Below, piece by piece: positions 40,826 to 54,782 of a DNA stretch of 64,000 nt; position 1 is the stretch's first letter, and every line of letters begins with the position of its first letter. The position numbers and the translations under genes were made by a program. The stretch lies in contig OX597821.1 in NCBI GenBank assembly GCA_951406725.2, positions 35,030,001 to 35,094,000 of the forward strand, written 5' to 3'. Under the pieces are notes generated by a model. The model searched no databases and was not told the origin of the DNA. It saw only the letters and a program-made list of their open reading frames with translations. This DNA comes from Octopus vulgaris. Lineage: Eukaryota.

Positions 40826-41879
40826 CAACGAGAGAGAGAACGAGATAAAAGGGAAGAGAGTGAGTCGAACATTGTGTTGAAGAGCCAGAGTGACGAGGAA
40901 GAGGGAGGAGAAAGGCAAATGAAGTTGAAGGGATGCAGGAAGATGGAGGGAGGGAGGAAGGGGAGGAGAGTAAGATTAAGAAGAATAGGAAGAGGCTAAG
41001 AAAATGTCAATGGGATGCTGAAGTGAGCGGGGGGAAGAGGGGTGCAGTGTAAAGTTTTAAGCACTGCGTGTGTATGTGTAAGTACGTGTGAGTGCGTGTG
41101 TGTGTGTGAGAGTGAGTGCTTCTCTGATGCTGTTCCGTCTGTAGTCAAAGTAGCACTTGGGCTAGTTACTAACGGAAGGAGCTCTGATAGAAGAGGAGAA
41201 ATAGATTAATAGAGAGAGAGGGGGGGATAGTTGAGATGTACTTACAAACAAAGATGAATGAGTGATAGTGAGAGGTGAAAAAAATAAGGTTTAGATAGAG
41301 AGATGCAAAATGCTTGGAGAGATGTTATAGATGGAACTGAAGAAAAAGTTGAAAGTTTATGTATGGGAGAGAGGAAAGTGCACGTGAGAGAGAGAGAGAG
41401 AGAGAGTTATACAGAGAAGACAGAGTTACGAGGATAAGCAAGCAGAAAAATCGAAGTTTAAGAGATGAGTATTAGAGAGAAAGAAGATATTAAGCGAGAA
41501 AGACACAGAGAGAGAAATAGAGGGAAGAAGATTGAGTGTCTAAGAGAGAGAGGAGGAGAGGGGGTGGAGAGAGAGAGGGGGAGGGAGAGAGAGATAGAGA
41601 AAGACCAAAAGTTTCAGAAAGCCTACTGCGAAAATGAAATGGAGAGAAAAAGAGGGCAGAGTGAGAGGCCGTTTATCAGAAGCAGAGAGAGAAAGAGTTG
41701 GGGGGGGGGGTCATAATCAGGAAGAGAGAGAGAGAGAGAGAGAGGGGAAAGAGAGCGAGGTAGAAAGAGAGGGATAGATAGGCAAACTAGCGAAGAGATA
41801 GATAGAGCAGTAGACGACGAAATTAATAGATAGGCAATCAAATAGACAGACAGACGGACAGAAAGACAGATGGGCAGAC

Positions 41880-42178
<299 letters not shown>

Positions 42179-43175
42179 TTGCAATAGAGAGAAAGAGTGA
42201 GTAGGATCAGCAAGGGAGAGAAAAGAGTGAGAGAAAAGAAGAGGAAGAACATAAAGCTAGTAAAAAAAAAAAAAGGAAAAGAAAGAGAATTATGCTAGAG
42301 AGAACCATGTGTCATGTGCTTTCGCATTGACATTTCTGTTTACCAATTTTTACTGTCCCCCCCTCGCTTTCTCTCTCTCTCATGCATTATCTTATTCCAG
42401 CAATGCCTTCCCCTCCGCCTATTACTCAAGCTGGCTAGCCTCTCTCTCTGTTTCCTTACCATTTCATCTTCCCATCAGCTGTTATTTATTCTCAAATTTT
42501 CTCTCTAAGTCAACGTGCGCATGCTCGCGCTTACGTTATTTTACGCATAAGTTTCAGTCACTTGAGTCACTTCAGTCATGCTGGAGTACCGCCTTTTTAA
42601 GTCGAAGAAATCGACCCCCCCCCCCCGGAACTTATTCTTTGTAAGCCTAGTTCTTATTCTATCGGCTACTGTTGCCGAACCGCTAAGTTACGGGGACGTA
42701 GACACACCAGCATCGGTTGTCAAGCGCTGGTGGGGGAGGGACAAACACAGACACAAAGACACACACATAAATATATATGCACACACACACACAAACACAT
42801 ATATGAAATGCTCAAAATAAAGATTAGAAAAACAGCCGACAACTGATGAAGGGCTGTTCTTTATGTTGCATGTCTTGTTTTCCATTTGTTTCCATCGTTG
42901 TTCGCAAAAAATAAAGTTCATATTCCATGTATTCATATTTCATATTTTTTGTTGTTTACGTTCTGTGACGTCCTGTGCCAGCATAAGCATATGTATATAC
43001 GTATATATGTAAGTAGTGCATATACGTATGTATAAATGCAAATATATATATATATATATATAAAGTTAATCCAAACAAGAAAGCACAAAATAACACAACA
43101 ACGCGAGGACGTGGAACAAATATAGTATTATTGGACGCTCAGGAAAGAAGGAAAAGAAGTGGGGTTTAATGTTTC

Positions 43176-43223
<48 letters not shown>

Positions 43224-43458
43224 CACGACTGACTTCTTTCAGTTTCCGTCTACCATATCCTCACAAGGCTTTGGTCGGTCTGAGGCTATAGGAGAAGTCA
43301 CTTGCCCAAGGTGCCACGCAGTGGGACTGAACCCGGAACCATATGGTTGAGAAGCAAGCTACTAACCACAGAGCAACTACTGCGCCTGTATATCACAACT
43401 GTCGGATGAACGAAAAAGGGAATCAGTTCTGTAATAATTTTGCAGCTTTAATAAAAGG

Positions 43459-43543
<85 letters not shown>

Positions 43544-43659
43544 TACTGGTTTCAGCCAAAAGCTTGAGGGTCCTGCTGAAGCAGCATATATCTACCTGTG
43601 TGTGTGTGTATGTGTGTGCGAGGTGTGTGCGAGATATATGTGATTTATTCTAATTTGGT

Positions 43660-43895
43660 ATACCTATTTCTTTATTACTCACAAGGGGCTAAACACAGAG
43701 GGGACAAACAAGGACAGACATAGGTATTAAGTCGATTACATCGACCCCAGTGCGTAACTGGTACTTAATTTATCGACCCCGAAAGGATGAAAGGCAAAGT
43801 CGACCTCGGCGGAATTTGAACTCAGAACGTAACGACAGACGAAATACGGCTACGCATTTCGCCCGGCGTGCTAACGTTTCTGCCAGCTCGCCGCC
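43660..43895 (-). mobile_element. SINE family B, full-length, with 11-bp TSD
   Basis: TCTAATTTGGT at 43649-43659 and 43896-43906; related copies at ~38100-38312, 58975-59200, 60780-61006. Confidence 0.9.
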
Positions 43896-44313
43896 TCTAA
43901 TTTGGTTTGTCTTTAGAGGCGAAGGCGAGTCAGGGTGGCATCTAAACACAGACACACAGACACACACGCGCGTTCGCACACACACACACACTCTCTCTCT
44001 CTCTCCTCCTCTCTACGCTCGCACGCACGTTTTCTATGCTAATTCACACACGTACCCAAACTATTCGGCTGCTGAGCGTTAGTACCAGTGTACCCCCACC
44101 TCAACAGAACCTAACCCAAAGCAGCACCACACCCATTATACCCCATCCAGCATACACTGTACCCAGCATACCCCATCCACTACGTTTACTCGACTACTGC
44201 AGCAGATGATGATGATGATGTCTACGACGACGATGTTCATAATGAGTCTTAGGATGGCGGCAGTTACGATCACTGTTTGTCTACTCGGCTGGGCTGTAAT
44301 ACAACAGATTGCT

Positions 44314-44345
<32 letters not shown>

Positions 44346-45102
44346 TGTATGTATGTATGTATGTATGTATGTATGTATATATGTATGTATGTATAAATGT
44401 ATGTATGTATGTTTGTATATATGTATGCTATGTATATATGTATGCATGTATGTATATATGTGTGTATGTATGTGCATGCCTGTATGCATGTGTATGTATG
44501 TATGTATATGTACGTACGAATATATGTACTCGTATATATATATATGCATACGCACATACACACATGCATACACATGCATACGCACATACACACATGCATG
44601 CATACATAGATACATACATATATGCATATATACATGCATACATACATAGATAATAATTAGATACATACATAGGTACATATTAATCAGCCGAAATTGCGAA
44701 GATGATCCGGTTCTTGACTGATGACTGAGGGCTTCGAATGTCCCGTCCTGTGTTTCTTGTGTCGTCTTCTAGGTGTTTCACGTTCTTGTCCCAGTTTGTA
44801 TATATTTTTTACTTTTTACATATATATATATATACATATATATGTATGCATGCATGCATGTGTGTATGTGCGTATGCATGTGTATGCTCGTATGCATGTG
44901 TATGTATGTATGTATATTTACGTACGAGTGTATGTATGTGTGTATGTATCTATGTATGCATGCATAAACTTGACTGTGTGGTAAGAACTTTGCTTTTCAA
45001 TCACGATTCCGGTCCAACCTCATTCCACCAATGCCTTGCAAGTGGATTTGGCCGAGAAAAAGTGAAAGAAGCTCATTGTGTGTGTGTGTGTATACACACA
45101 CA

Positions 45103-46076
45103 CAGGGGTTGGACAAAATAATGGAAACACCTAGAATCATAGCATCATAATTTTGAAATATCCATAAAACCGTCAAAAGCTTGTTAATTTTTGTTTTTCG
45201 ATTTATTATTAGTGTTGCTGAATATGTTTTGCTAAAATTGTTCCTTCCTTACAGTTATCATCAGAAAAAGGTAATTAAAATTCATTAAAATGATAGATCT
45301 ATCGGACTTTCAAAGAGGTCAAATTGTTGGTGCTCGTATGGCAAGTGCTAGCGTAACGAAAACAGTCGAAATGTTTAGTGTATCAAGAAGTACTGTATCG
45401 AAAGAAATGACCACCTTTGAGAAAGAGGGAAAAACCTCCCCGTCGAAATAAAACTCCGGAAAAAACGTAAACTTTCAGATAGGGACCGTCGGACTCTTAC
45501 AATTTTGTTAGAAAGGATTATAAAAGTACAGCTCCCAAAATTACTGCAGAGCTTAATGACCACCTCGAGAACCCAGTTTCCACAAAATCTGTTCATCGGG
45601 AACAGCACAAAGTCGGATTTCATGGGTGGGCTGCAATCAGAAAACCACTACTTTCAAAAACAAACGTTACAAAGCTTTTAGAGTGGAGAAAAAACCTACA
45701 GAATTGGTCCCTAGAGCTGTGGAAGAACGATATTTTCTCGGATAAGCCATCCTTTATCATATTTCCGACCACTGACCGTGTATACGTGTGGAGACAGCCA
45801 AAAGAAACATTTGGCCCAGACTGCCTTCTTCCAACTGTTAAACATGGAGGGAGATCCGTGATGATCTGGGAGGCTTTATCTTGGAAATCCACAGGCCCAA
45901 TGGTTTTCCTTCATGGCAGAATTAATAGTTAAGACTATTTAAGCATTTTATCTGATCAAATTCATCCTATCGTTGCTGAACTGTTTCCGCGGGGATACGC
46001 AATCCTTCAGGATGATAATGCACTAATTTACACAGCTAAAGTTGTTATTGAATGGCACGAAGAACATTCTAGTGAA
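45103..46076 (+). mobile_element. Decayed, 3'-truncated Tc1-family transposon (transposase pseudogene from ATG 45290)
   Basis: Left TIR CAGGGGTTGGACAAAATAATGGAAACACC; translation MIDLSDFQRGQIVGARMA...AAIRKPLLS...WKNDIFSD...RVYVWR...PTVKHGGRSVMIW...LQDDNA with stops and frameshifts; breaks off before the SPDLNPIE motif; no right TIR seen. Confidence 0.92.
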
Positions 46077-47440
46077 TTCCCCCGCTTCCTTCTTGGTACA
46101 ACAATTATGACACAGCAATGTTATGTAGGTGAAAGCAGCTCAGGACACAGCTATATTAAACATCTAAGACATACCCTCTTGTGTAGTACAAGAAACACAG
46201 TATTAGTTGGTGACTAAGATTAACTTTTATACTGATAGGAACAGCGAATAACTAATTTTTTTCTCGGTAACTTTCTTCGAAGTGTAGCATATTTGTAACT
46301 TAGTTTCCTTCCCAACCAGCTGGTCTTGAGTTCAGTCTCACTGCACGGCACCTTGGACAAAGGTCTTCTACTACAGCTAACCAAAGGTCTTCTACTTGGC
46401 TAACCAAAGCCATGTGAGTGGATTTGGTAGACGGAAACTGAAAGATGTCCATCGTACTCCTGCGCGCGCGCCCGTGTGTGTGTGCGTGTATGTGTGTGTG
46501 AGTGTGTATGTGTGTATTTGTGCTTGTCCCCACCATCGCTTGACAAACAGTGTTGCTTTGTTTACGTCTCCATAACATAGTTGTTCAGCAAAAGAAACCA
46601 ATGGAATTAAGTACCAGGTTTTAAAAAATATATATCTTTATTGGAGTGGTGATATGTTCGAGGAAACCCTTCAAAGCGTTGCCTAAGCATGGCCGCAGTT
46701 CAATGACTGAAACAAGTTTAAAGATGCGATTAGCGAACACATCGATAAATAGTATATTACAGTCGTACTTTTTTTCTTTTTGGCGTTGAAGAAATGAGAT
46801 ATACTAACTGATCAACTTTGTCTTAATTATCATCTAATGAGGCAGTTATGTAGAGTAAATAATTTTTTTTTCGTATATACAAAATTCGTTAGTTAAGTGT
46901 GTCCCAATATTCAGTCAAACACATACACTATTGATCGATGATTAATATATTTTCCGTCTAGAAATTAATGAAGATAATTCCCTCGGGAATTTCGCCGTGC
47001 GTTCTCTCTGTGTGTAACTAAGTGATATATTAGCAAGTAAATCGCTGTGTAAGTAGAGAAAATAGTTTTTCTGATGAACGAGAGCTAGAAATATTAGTGC
47101 ATACTCCCTTAGATATTCAGACAATCTTAACTGAAGATACGCAAAGACTTTAAAAAGAAATATTTATTTTCGTACCTTGACTTTAACACTATTTTTCACT
47201 TTTCTTTTCTGAACGCCTGCAAGCATTTTTCTCTACTAGACACAAAACGTAGCTTTTAGATCATCGATACAAGAATATGAACCGTCAGCAATAAATTGTT
47301 ATTGCTGACCTTATCAGTATTTAGAAACATCGAAAACTTCAAATAATTCTCTTCTGGAACGATGAATTTCGAAGAAGACAAAGCTATAATTAATAACGTG
47401 TAAATATTGGGTTAAAACCCTTGAGACAGAGAAAATCGAA

Positions 47441-47510
47441 GGCAATCGGTAGTATACGAACCTGTATTTCCTGAAAACACGGCAGGCATTCTACCATTGG
47501 ACCAAAGCAC
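47441..47510 (-). pseudogene. Degenerate tRNA-like remnant
   Basis: Minus strand TGGTCCAATGGTAGAATGCCTGCC...GGTTCGTAT resembles tRNA D- and T-arm motifs; no intact cloverleaf. Confidence 0.3.
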
Positions 47511-47570
47511 ATATTCTCAGTACACAGAGAAATAGCACACAATTACAAATAAAGAAATCAGGATATTAAA

Positions 47571-47630
<60 letters not shown>

Positions 47631-48651
47631 TGTACGAATCTTACTCTTTCTTTTCGCCCCTTTCACACTTTCTTCGTTCTTTCCACTTTTCTTTTCCTCG
47701 CTCACCCTATCTCACATTTCTTGGCTTTCTCTTCATTATCATCACTTTCCCTCCTACTTTACATCACTCTGTCCCTTTCCTTTCTTTTTCTTTCTCGTCC
47801 CTTCCTAATTCTTCAATCCTTCTGCCCTACCTCTATTCTCTCCTTCCACCTTCCACGTGATCGATGTTCCGCCAAGCCTGACATTTCTTTCTTGGTTCGT
47901 CTACCATCCGTGTAGTATCTCTTATATTCCTTCCCATGACTTTACCTATTCTTCTCCTCTCCTCTTCACCTCTCTCTCTCTCTCTCTCTCTCACTCTTCC
48001 TCCTTGACTATCACGTTGCTCATACGTGACCAACGGTCATCGATCTTTCTTTCTTCCACTTCCTTCCTAAAGACAAGCTGTGCTTTTATGTGTCTCTTCT
48101 CAAAGCTCGTTTCTCCAGCGTAACCGCTTCACATCGCCTTGGCTTAATAGCCCTCACCGTTTGTTTTTTCTGTTTTGTTCTCACTATCCTGTTTTTGCTA
48201 TCACTTTCACCTTCCGCAAAAAACCCACAATTTTATTTAATTTGCTTTGTGGGAAGGAGTGTTTTAACGAAGTCGTGTCTAGTCCTAACCCTCAAAACGT
48301 GGAGCAGATAAAACAGGGGACAACTGATGAAGGGAATGTTCTTTATGTTGCACGTCTCGTTTCTCTGTTTGTTTTCTTCGTTGTTCGAAAAAAAGTTCGT
48401 TTTCTATGTTTTTGCTTTTTATGTTCTCGTTTCTCATTCTGTCTACGTTTTTTTTTTTGATGTCCTGTACCCATATATGCATGTATATATACATATATAT
48501 GTAGGTATATACATATATGTATGTATATACATATATATATATATATTATATATTTAGATATTATTTATATTATATATAAATATATATCATTGTGTGTATT
48601 TGTGTATGAGTGTGTGTCTCTGTATGTGTGTGTATCAATATACATACATAC

Positions 48652-48696
<45 letters not shown>

Positions 48697-48788
48697 TGTG
48701 TGTTTTTGTGTATGAGTGGGCGCGCGTGTATTATGTGCGTGTATTTGTGTATTTGTGTGTCTGTGTACGTGTACGTGTGTGTGCGCGC

Positions 48789-48824
<36 letters not shown>

Positions 48825-50880
48825 ATGTATTCGTATATGTTTCTCTCGCTGAGCAAAGCCTATGTATGTGTGTGGTCTGTGAGGGTCTAAAATAGTTTTA
48901 CTACACTTTAACAAATTAATCTTTTGCTTGACAGTAAAGTGTGAATAACATACATACACATACACACACAAAAAAAAATGTGTAAAGAAAAAGTAACACT
49001 ATACGAGAGTGTCATACTAGATTCTACTCTGGAATCAGAAAGGGAAAAAAACTAAATAAAAAAACATATTCCTGAATTTTTCCGTCTCTGTTTATCATCA
49101 TTATATACGTGGCGATGGTGGTGGCGATGCTGGTGATTGTCGTCATGGTCGTCGTTGTAAACTTCATCTTTAAAGACACCAGTTTTACGAGAGTAACTTC
49201 GAAATAACTAGCAATCATAGTTCTGCGTTCTGTCCCACTGTGCGGCACTTTGGGCAAATGTTTTCTGCAATGGCCCCGGGGCTGACCAGGGCTTTGTGAA
49301 TAGACCCGGTAGACATAAACTGAAAGATGCCTGCTGTATCTGTCTGTCTGCCGGTCTACCTGCCTGCCTGTCTGCCTGCCTGTCTTCCTGTCTGTCTGTC
49401 TCTCACTACATATATACTTTTACTTGCTTCAGTCATTTGATTGCGGCCATGCTGGAGCAAAGCCCTTAGGTTTTTTAAACATTTTAGCCGAAGAAATTGA
49501 CCCCAGGATGTAATCTTTGTAAGCCTAATACTTATTCTGCCTGTCTCTTTCGGTGAAACGCTAAGATACGGGGGCGTTAACACACCAACATCGGTTGTCA
49601 TGTAATGGTGGGGGACAAACACAGATACAAAGACACACATAGATATACACAAATAAAGCTGAAACTAGAATCAATCAATCAATCAATCATAACGGACTTC
49701 TTTCAGTTTTTGTCTACCAAATCCACTCACAAGGGCTTGGTCGGCCCGATGCTACAGTAGAAGACACATACTCATTCAAGGTGTCGCGCAGTAGGACAGA
49801 AGCCGGAACCATGTGGTTAGGAAGTAAGCCACGCCCGCGCCTTTTTACTTGGTTCAGTCATTAGGCTACGGCCTCAAAGTTGCAGCCCGATGAAGAACGC
49901 GCGCGTGTATGTCTTTGCGTTTGTCCGTGCCTCCCATCGCTTGACAATCGGTGTTGTTTTTTTTTTCAACTTTGTGGGTTAGTGGTTCGGCAAAAGTGAC
50001 TGATAAAATAGATGTCTTGGAATAAAAAAAGCCAATAATAATCGTAGGAAAGACGCATTGATTAAAGTAGACCTCGTGCCTGATTGAACGGATATATAGT
50101 CAAAGCTGGAACTGGTCGAACGGATATAACCTGGGGCTAAAATCAACCGAAGCAGTATCATCCCCAACATGGTGTATACGCTGACGGAAACTAAGGGAAG
50201 CTTAAAAAAAAAGATGGGATGGTCACAACTGGAATATCTTTGACCTACCAGATCAGGGTTAGTTAGCCTTGGGATTAAGCAACACAAACAACAACTACAA
50301 CAACAACAACAACACCATGCATCTCACCGAAACTACTCTTTCTCATGATGTCCTACATCCACCTCTACAATTACTTCCACTTATCTCTCATCGCTATTGT
50401 CACCAATACCACGACATCTGCAGACATTATCATCCATTAAATTCATTATCCTTAAACTCACTAGCATCAACAATACACCACCACTACCACCACATAAACC
50501 ACCACCACCATCACCACCACCACCACCACCATTTTAAATTTGTTCTTCTCCAATCCTCACCGCTGTCTCATCACCACTACCACCGCCATCGTGATATGTT
50601 CGATAATTTCACAGTCCTTCTTTTCTCTTGCTAGTTACTGCTAGAAGTTATTGCGGTAACCAAATATAATAAGCAAACTTGCCTTTTAAAGGTTTCTGTG
50701 TGAAGGGTTGTTTGGTTTAGTTATCACATATTTGTGACCTTGAAACAATATTTGCCGTCATGGTCCAGTCATGTTGCTGTGACGAGAATTTCTCACTGCT
50801 GTGTTGATTGCTAGCGACTATTTAAAACGAAAGAGATGCTGGAAGAGAAAGGGAGATAAAGAAAGCGCGAAGGAGACTAT

Positions 50881-50923
<43 letters not shown>

Positions 50924-51012
50924 GAACAGAGAGAGAGAGAGGTACAGAGAGAGCGAAGGAAATAGAGAGAGGGCGTAGAAGACAGAGCTCGAAAGCGAAG
51001 GACAGTGAAAGC

Positions 51013-51050
<38 letters not shown>

Positions 51051-51724
51051 GACAGAGAGTATGGAGGAGAAATAGTGAAGGTGAGAGAAAGCGAAGGAGT
51101 GAGTGAGTGAAGGGAAGAGAGAGCACGGGTGATAGAAAGAAGGAAGAAGTGAGAGTGACGGAGAAAGAGCGCACGAGAAAGAGAGAGAGAGAGGGGATAG
51201 AAAGAGAGCGAAGGAGAGAGTGTCAAGGGGAGGAAGAGAGAGAGAGTGAAAATGAGAGCGTGAGAGATAGACATAAATAGATAGAGGGAGAAGGAGAGAG
51301 AGAGAGGATTGGTAAAGTAAGGACTAATAAACCAGAGATGTCTGGTAAAATATTTTCTGATGAAGGAATCTGCCCGAAGCGTTAACTTTTCACACTTCAA
51401 AGCAACATGAACAACCTCCATTTTCGCTTTGAATATAACGACTGTTGTCGGTCGCAGGTCATTTACTTCTAGTCTTCTCAAATTCTAATGAGTATTCCCT
51501 ATACAAATACATATTTATCCTTTCGCTAAAACAGTTTCTGGGTTATATCAGCATTGGAAAACATACTGGAATCCAACCATTTCGACCATCATGTGCCTCG
51601 CTCGGATTCTTGGCAGTCACAAACATCCATGATCTGTTAGTTAACATTAAGCGTACGTACATTGTTTAGACTATACTGAGTCTGATGGACTATCTATAAG
51701 ATCGCATATAATTATTTTCAAATC

Positions 51725-51871
51725 AGGCGCAGGAGTGGCTGTGTGGTAAGAAGCTTGCTTCCCAATCACATGGTTCGGGTTCAGACCCACTGCGTGGCAT
51801 CTTGGGCAAGTGACCAAAGCCTTGTGGAATTTCAACAACAGGGCATTTTTGTACGTACGTACGTATGTGTG

Positions 51872-51929
<58 letters not shown>

Positions 51930-52134
51930 TTGTGTGTCTGTGTTTGTCCCCCCCAACATCGATTGACAACCGATGTTGGTGTGTTTACGTCCCCGTAACT
52001 TAGCGGTTCAGCAATAGAGCCCGATAGGATAAGAACTAGGCTTAAGTACTGGGGTCGATTTGTTCGACTAAAGGTAGTGCTCCAGCATGGCCGCAGTCAA
52101 ATGACTGGAACAAGCAAAAGAATAAAATAAAGAA
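51725..52134 (+). mobile_element. tRNA-derived SINE, family A (reference orientation)
   Basis: A box TGGCTGTGTGG, B-box-like GGTTCAGACCC, CORE-like CTTGGGCAAGTG, internal (GT)n, stem-loop tail. About 20 full or partial copies across the window. Confidence 0.9.
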
Positions 52135-52466
52135 TGAGTCCAGCAGTTTCAGGGAAGTAACTAAGTCCATCACAAAGACCCCCCAGTGCTCAGCTGGTAC
52201 TCATTTTATCGACACCTAAAAGAATGAAAGGCAAATTCGATCCCTGCGGCATTTGAGCTCAGCTCATAAAGTCGAAAGAAATGCCGCTAAGTATTTTGGT
52301 CGTCGTAAGTATTGTGTTCCACCTTTGTATTGGCTTCAAACTTTGGCACGAGGCCAGTAATCTTTTATTTAGGCGGGTGGCGAGGGGGGGGGGGGGCAAA
52401 TCGATCATATCGACCACGGTACTCAACTAGTACTTATTTTATCGACTCTGACCTCGGCGTAATTTT

Positions 52467-52761
52467 CTCTCTCTCTATCCGCTCAGTCGAAGTCGACTCT
52501 CGGTCACTCGTTGGATCAGTGTCTTCCAGTCAGTTCTATCCTGGGCCGCTTCGTTCAGATTGGCTATGTCCATTCCGGTATCCCTCTTGATGGTGTCAAG
52601 CCAGCGGGTTCTTGGTCGGCCTCTTCCTCTCTTGCCACTGACCATTCCGAGCATGATGTCCTTCTCCAGGGATTTTCTCCGCATAATATGACCGAAATAT
52701 GCCAATCTATGCTTGGTGATCCTAGCTTCTAGCGACATTTTCAGCCTGATCTGCTTAATTA
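52467..52761 (-). mobile_element. Young 5'-truncated RTE (BovB-like) LINE insertion
   Basis: Open frame ...RLAYFGHIMRRKSLEKDIMLGMVSGKRGRGRPRTRWLD...AQDRTDW...RLRLSG*, (GA)n tail, exact 13-bp TSD TCGGCGTAATTTT (52454-52466, 52762-52774); nested in a family B SINE. Confidence 0.93.
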
Positions 52762-52864
52762 TCGGCGTAATTTTAACTCTGTACATAAAAATGGGCGAAA
52801 TGCCGCCAAGCATTTTGCTTGTCTTGCTTGCGATTCTACCAGCTCGTCACATTTATATTATATT

Positions 52865-53390
52865 TATTTCTTTATTGCCCGCTGGGGGCTAAACATAGAA
52901 GGGACAAACAACAACAGACAAAGGGATTAAGTCCAATACATCGACCCCAGTGTGTAACTGATACCTATTTAATCGACTCCGAAAGGATGAAAGGCAAAAT
53001 CGACCCCGGTAGAATTTGCACTCAGAGCATAACGGCAGACGTAATACGTATTTCTTTACTACCCACAAGGGGCTAAAACACAGAGAGGACAAACAAAGAC
53101 AGACAAACGGATCAAGTCGATTATATCGACCCCAGTGCGTAACTGGTACTTATTTAATCGACCCCAGTGCGTAACTGGTACTTATTTAATCGACCCCAGT
53201 GCGTAACTGGTACTTATTTAATCGACCCCAGTGCGTAACTGGTACTTATTTAATCGACCCCGAAAGGATAAAATGCAAAGTCGACCTCGGCGGAATTTGA
53301 ACTCAGAACATAAAGACAAACGAAATACCTATTTCTTTACTACCCACAAGGGGCTAAACACAGAAGGGACAAACAGGGACAGACAAACGG
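52865..53390 (-). mobile_element. Head-to-tail array of family B SINE units
   Basis: Units start at TATTTC 52865, 53049, 53330; ~184-185 bp period; unit 2 is enlarged by three extra 32-mers. Confidence 0.88.
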
Positions 53391-53486
53391 AGTGGATGGT
53401 CAGCTAACTTGGTGCTAAGTAACCAAAGTATCACAATCACACCACCACCACCACCACCACCACCATATCCTCCTCCTCCTACACCC

Positions 53487-53519
<33 letters not shown>

Positions 53520-54022
53520 AACCCCATAACCACGACCTCCACACCATCACAATTATCCCCTGTCTCGCCGTCGTTGCACAACTACAACCACGACCATCAC
53601 CAGTCAGTATCATCACCGGAACTATTACCATGACCACCACCACCACCACCACCATGAACTATCACCAACACCACCGAACACGCCACAACCACCACCGTTA
53701 ACTTCATCACCATCATTAATATCACATCCACCACTACGAATACAACTACCACCACAATCCCCCCACTCGCATCACCACCATCACCACCGCCGTCATCAAT
53801 CATCATCATCATCATTATCACCATCGTTCATATATTTCTCCATCTCATCATATCGTTTTTCAATGTTTTCTTTCCTCGTCTTTCATTCCGATCTTTCATC
53901 ATTTTTATCATCCTTCCAAGCAATCGCCTACATCCTCGTTGAGAGTTTCTTTCATTTTATATTTCATCTTATTTTCAGTTTCTGGGCTCCTTTCTTCGTT
54001 TTTTCTTCTTCTTCTTCTTCTT

Positions 54023-54077
<55 letters not shown>

Positions 54078-54266
54078 AACTACTATTACTACTACTACTA
54101 CTACTTCCTTATCTTCTTCTTCTTCTTCTTCTTCTTCTTCTTCTTCTTCTTCTTCTTCTTCTCTCTTCCTCTTCGTGTTTTATATTGTTCTTGTCATATG
54201 TTGCTTTTATACATCATCGTCATTATCCTCCTCCTCCTCTTTCTCATCATCATCATCGTCATCAGT

Positions 54267-54300
<34 letters not shown>

Positions 54301-54782
54301 CCTTTCACATCATCATCTTCATCATCATCATCGCCATTATTCTTTTTGTTTTTATTTTTCCCCCCCATCTGGTACAACTCTCTCTTCCACCACAATCACG
54401 CATAAGCCTTCATACACACGCCATGTACCTTACCGTTTCTTATACACACGCTATCTCTAACAAATAATACGTGAAAACATTTGGCATTTATAATAATGAA
54501 AGAAAAAAAAAATCTTTCCTTTTCCTTAAAATGGTATCATTACTCGCTCGACCGATTATTCGAAAAAGGTGGAAGATAAACGGAAAACGAGTGGAGGATG
54601 AAAACAATTAAAGGCAGAAAAGATAGAACAGAAGAAGTAAATTAGAGAATCTATCTTCAGTGGAGTCCCTTGATGGTATTATTTTCAATAAATATTCGTA
54701 TATTCAATTCAACATTTCTGTTAGAGAAGATCGGAACTTAAAACTGGCTCCTATCTGCCAAACCAAAGAAATTAAAAAAAAT

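Noticed and set aside
42830-48500. Two-copy repeat (~42830-42990, ~48310-48500) containing CAACTGATGAAGGG as a hammerhead
   Set aside because: CTGATGA is present, but I could not find a closing stem II plus GAAA and cleavage triplet; kept only as an unclassified dispersed repeat.
52095-52120. Family A tail stem-loop followed by GAAACAAGTA (in most copies) as a hammerhead 3' half
   Set aside because: No CUGANGA upstream in any copy; better explained as a LINE-recognition tail.
53125-53261. 32-bp direct repeats as a CRISPR array
   Set aside because: Repeats are contiguous with no spacers and derive from the surrounding SINE.
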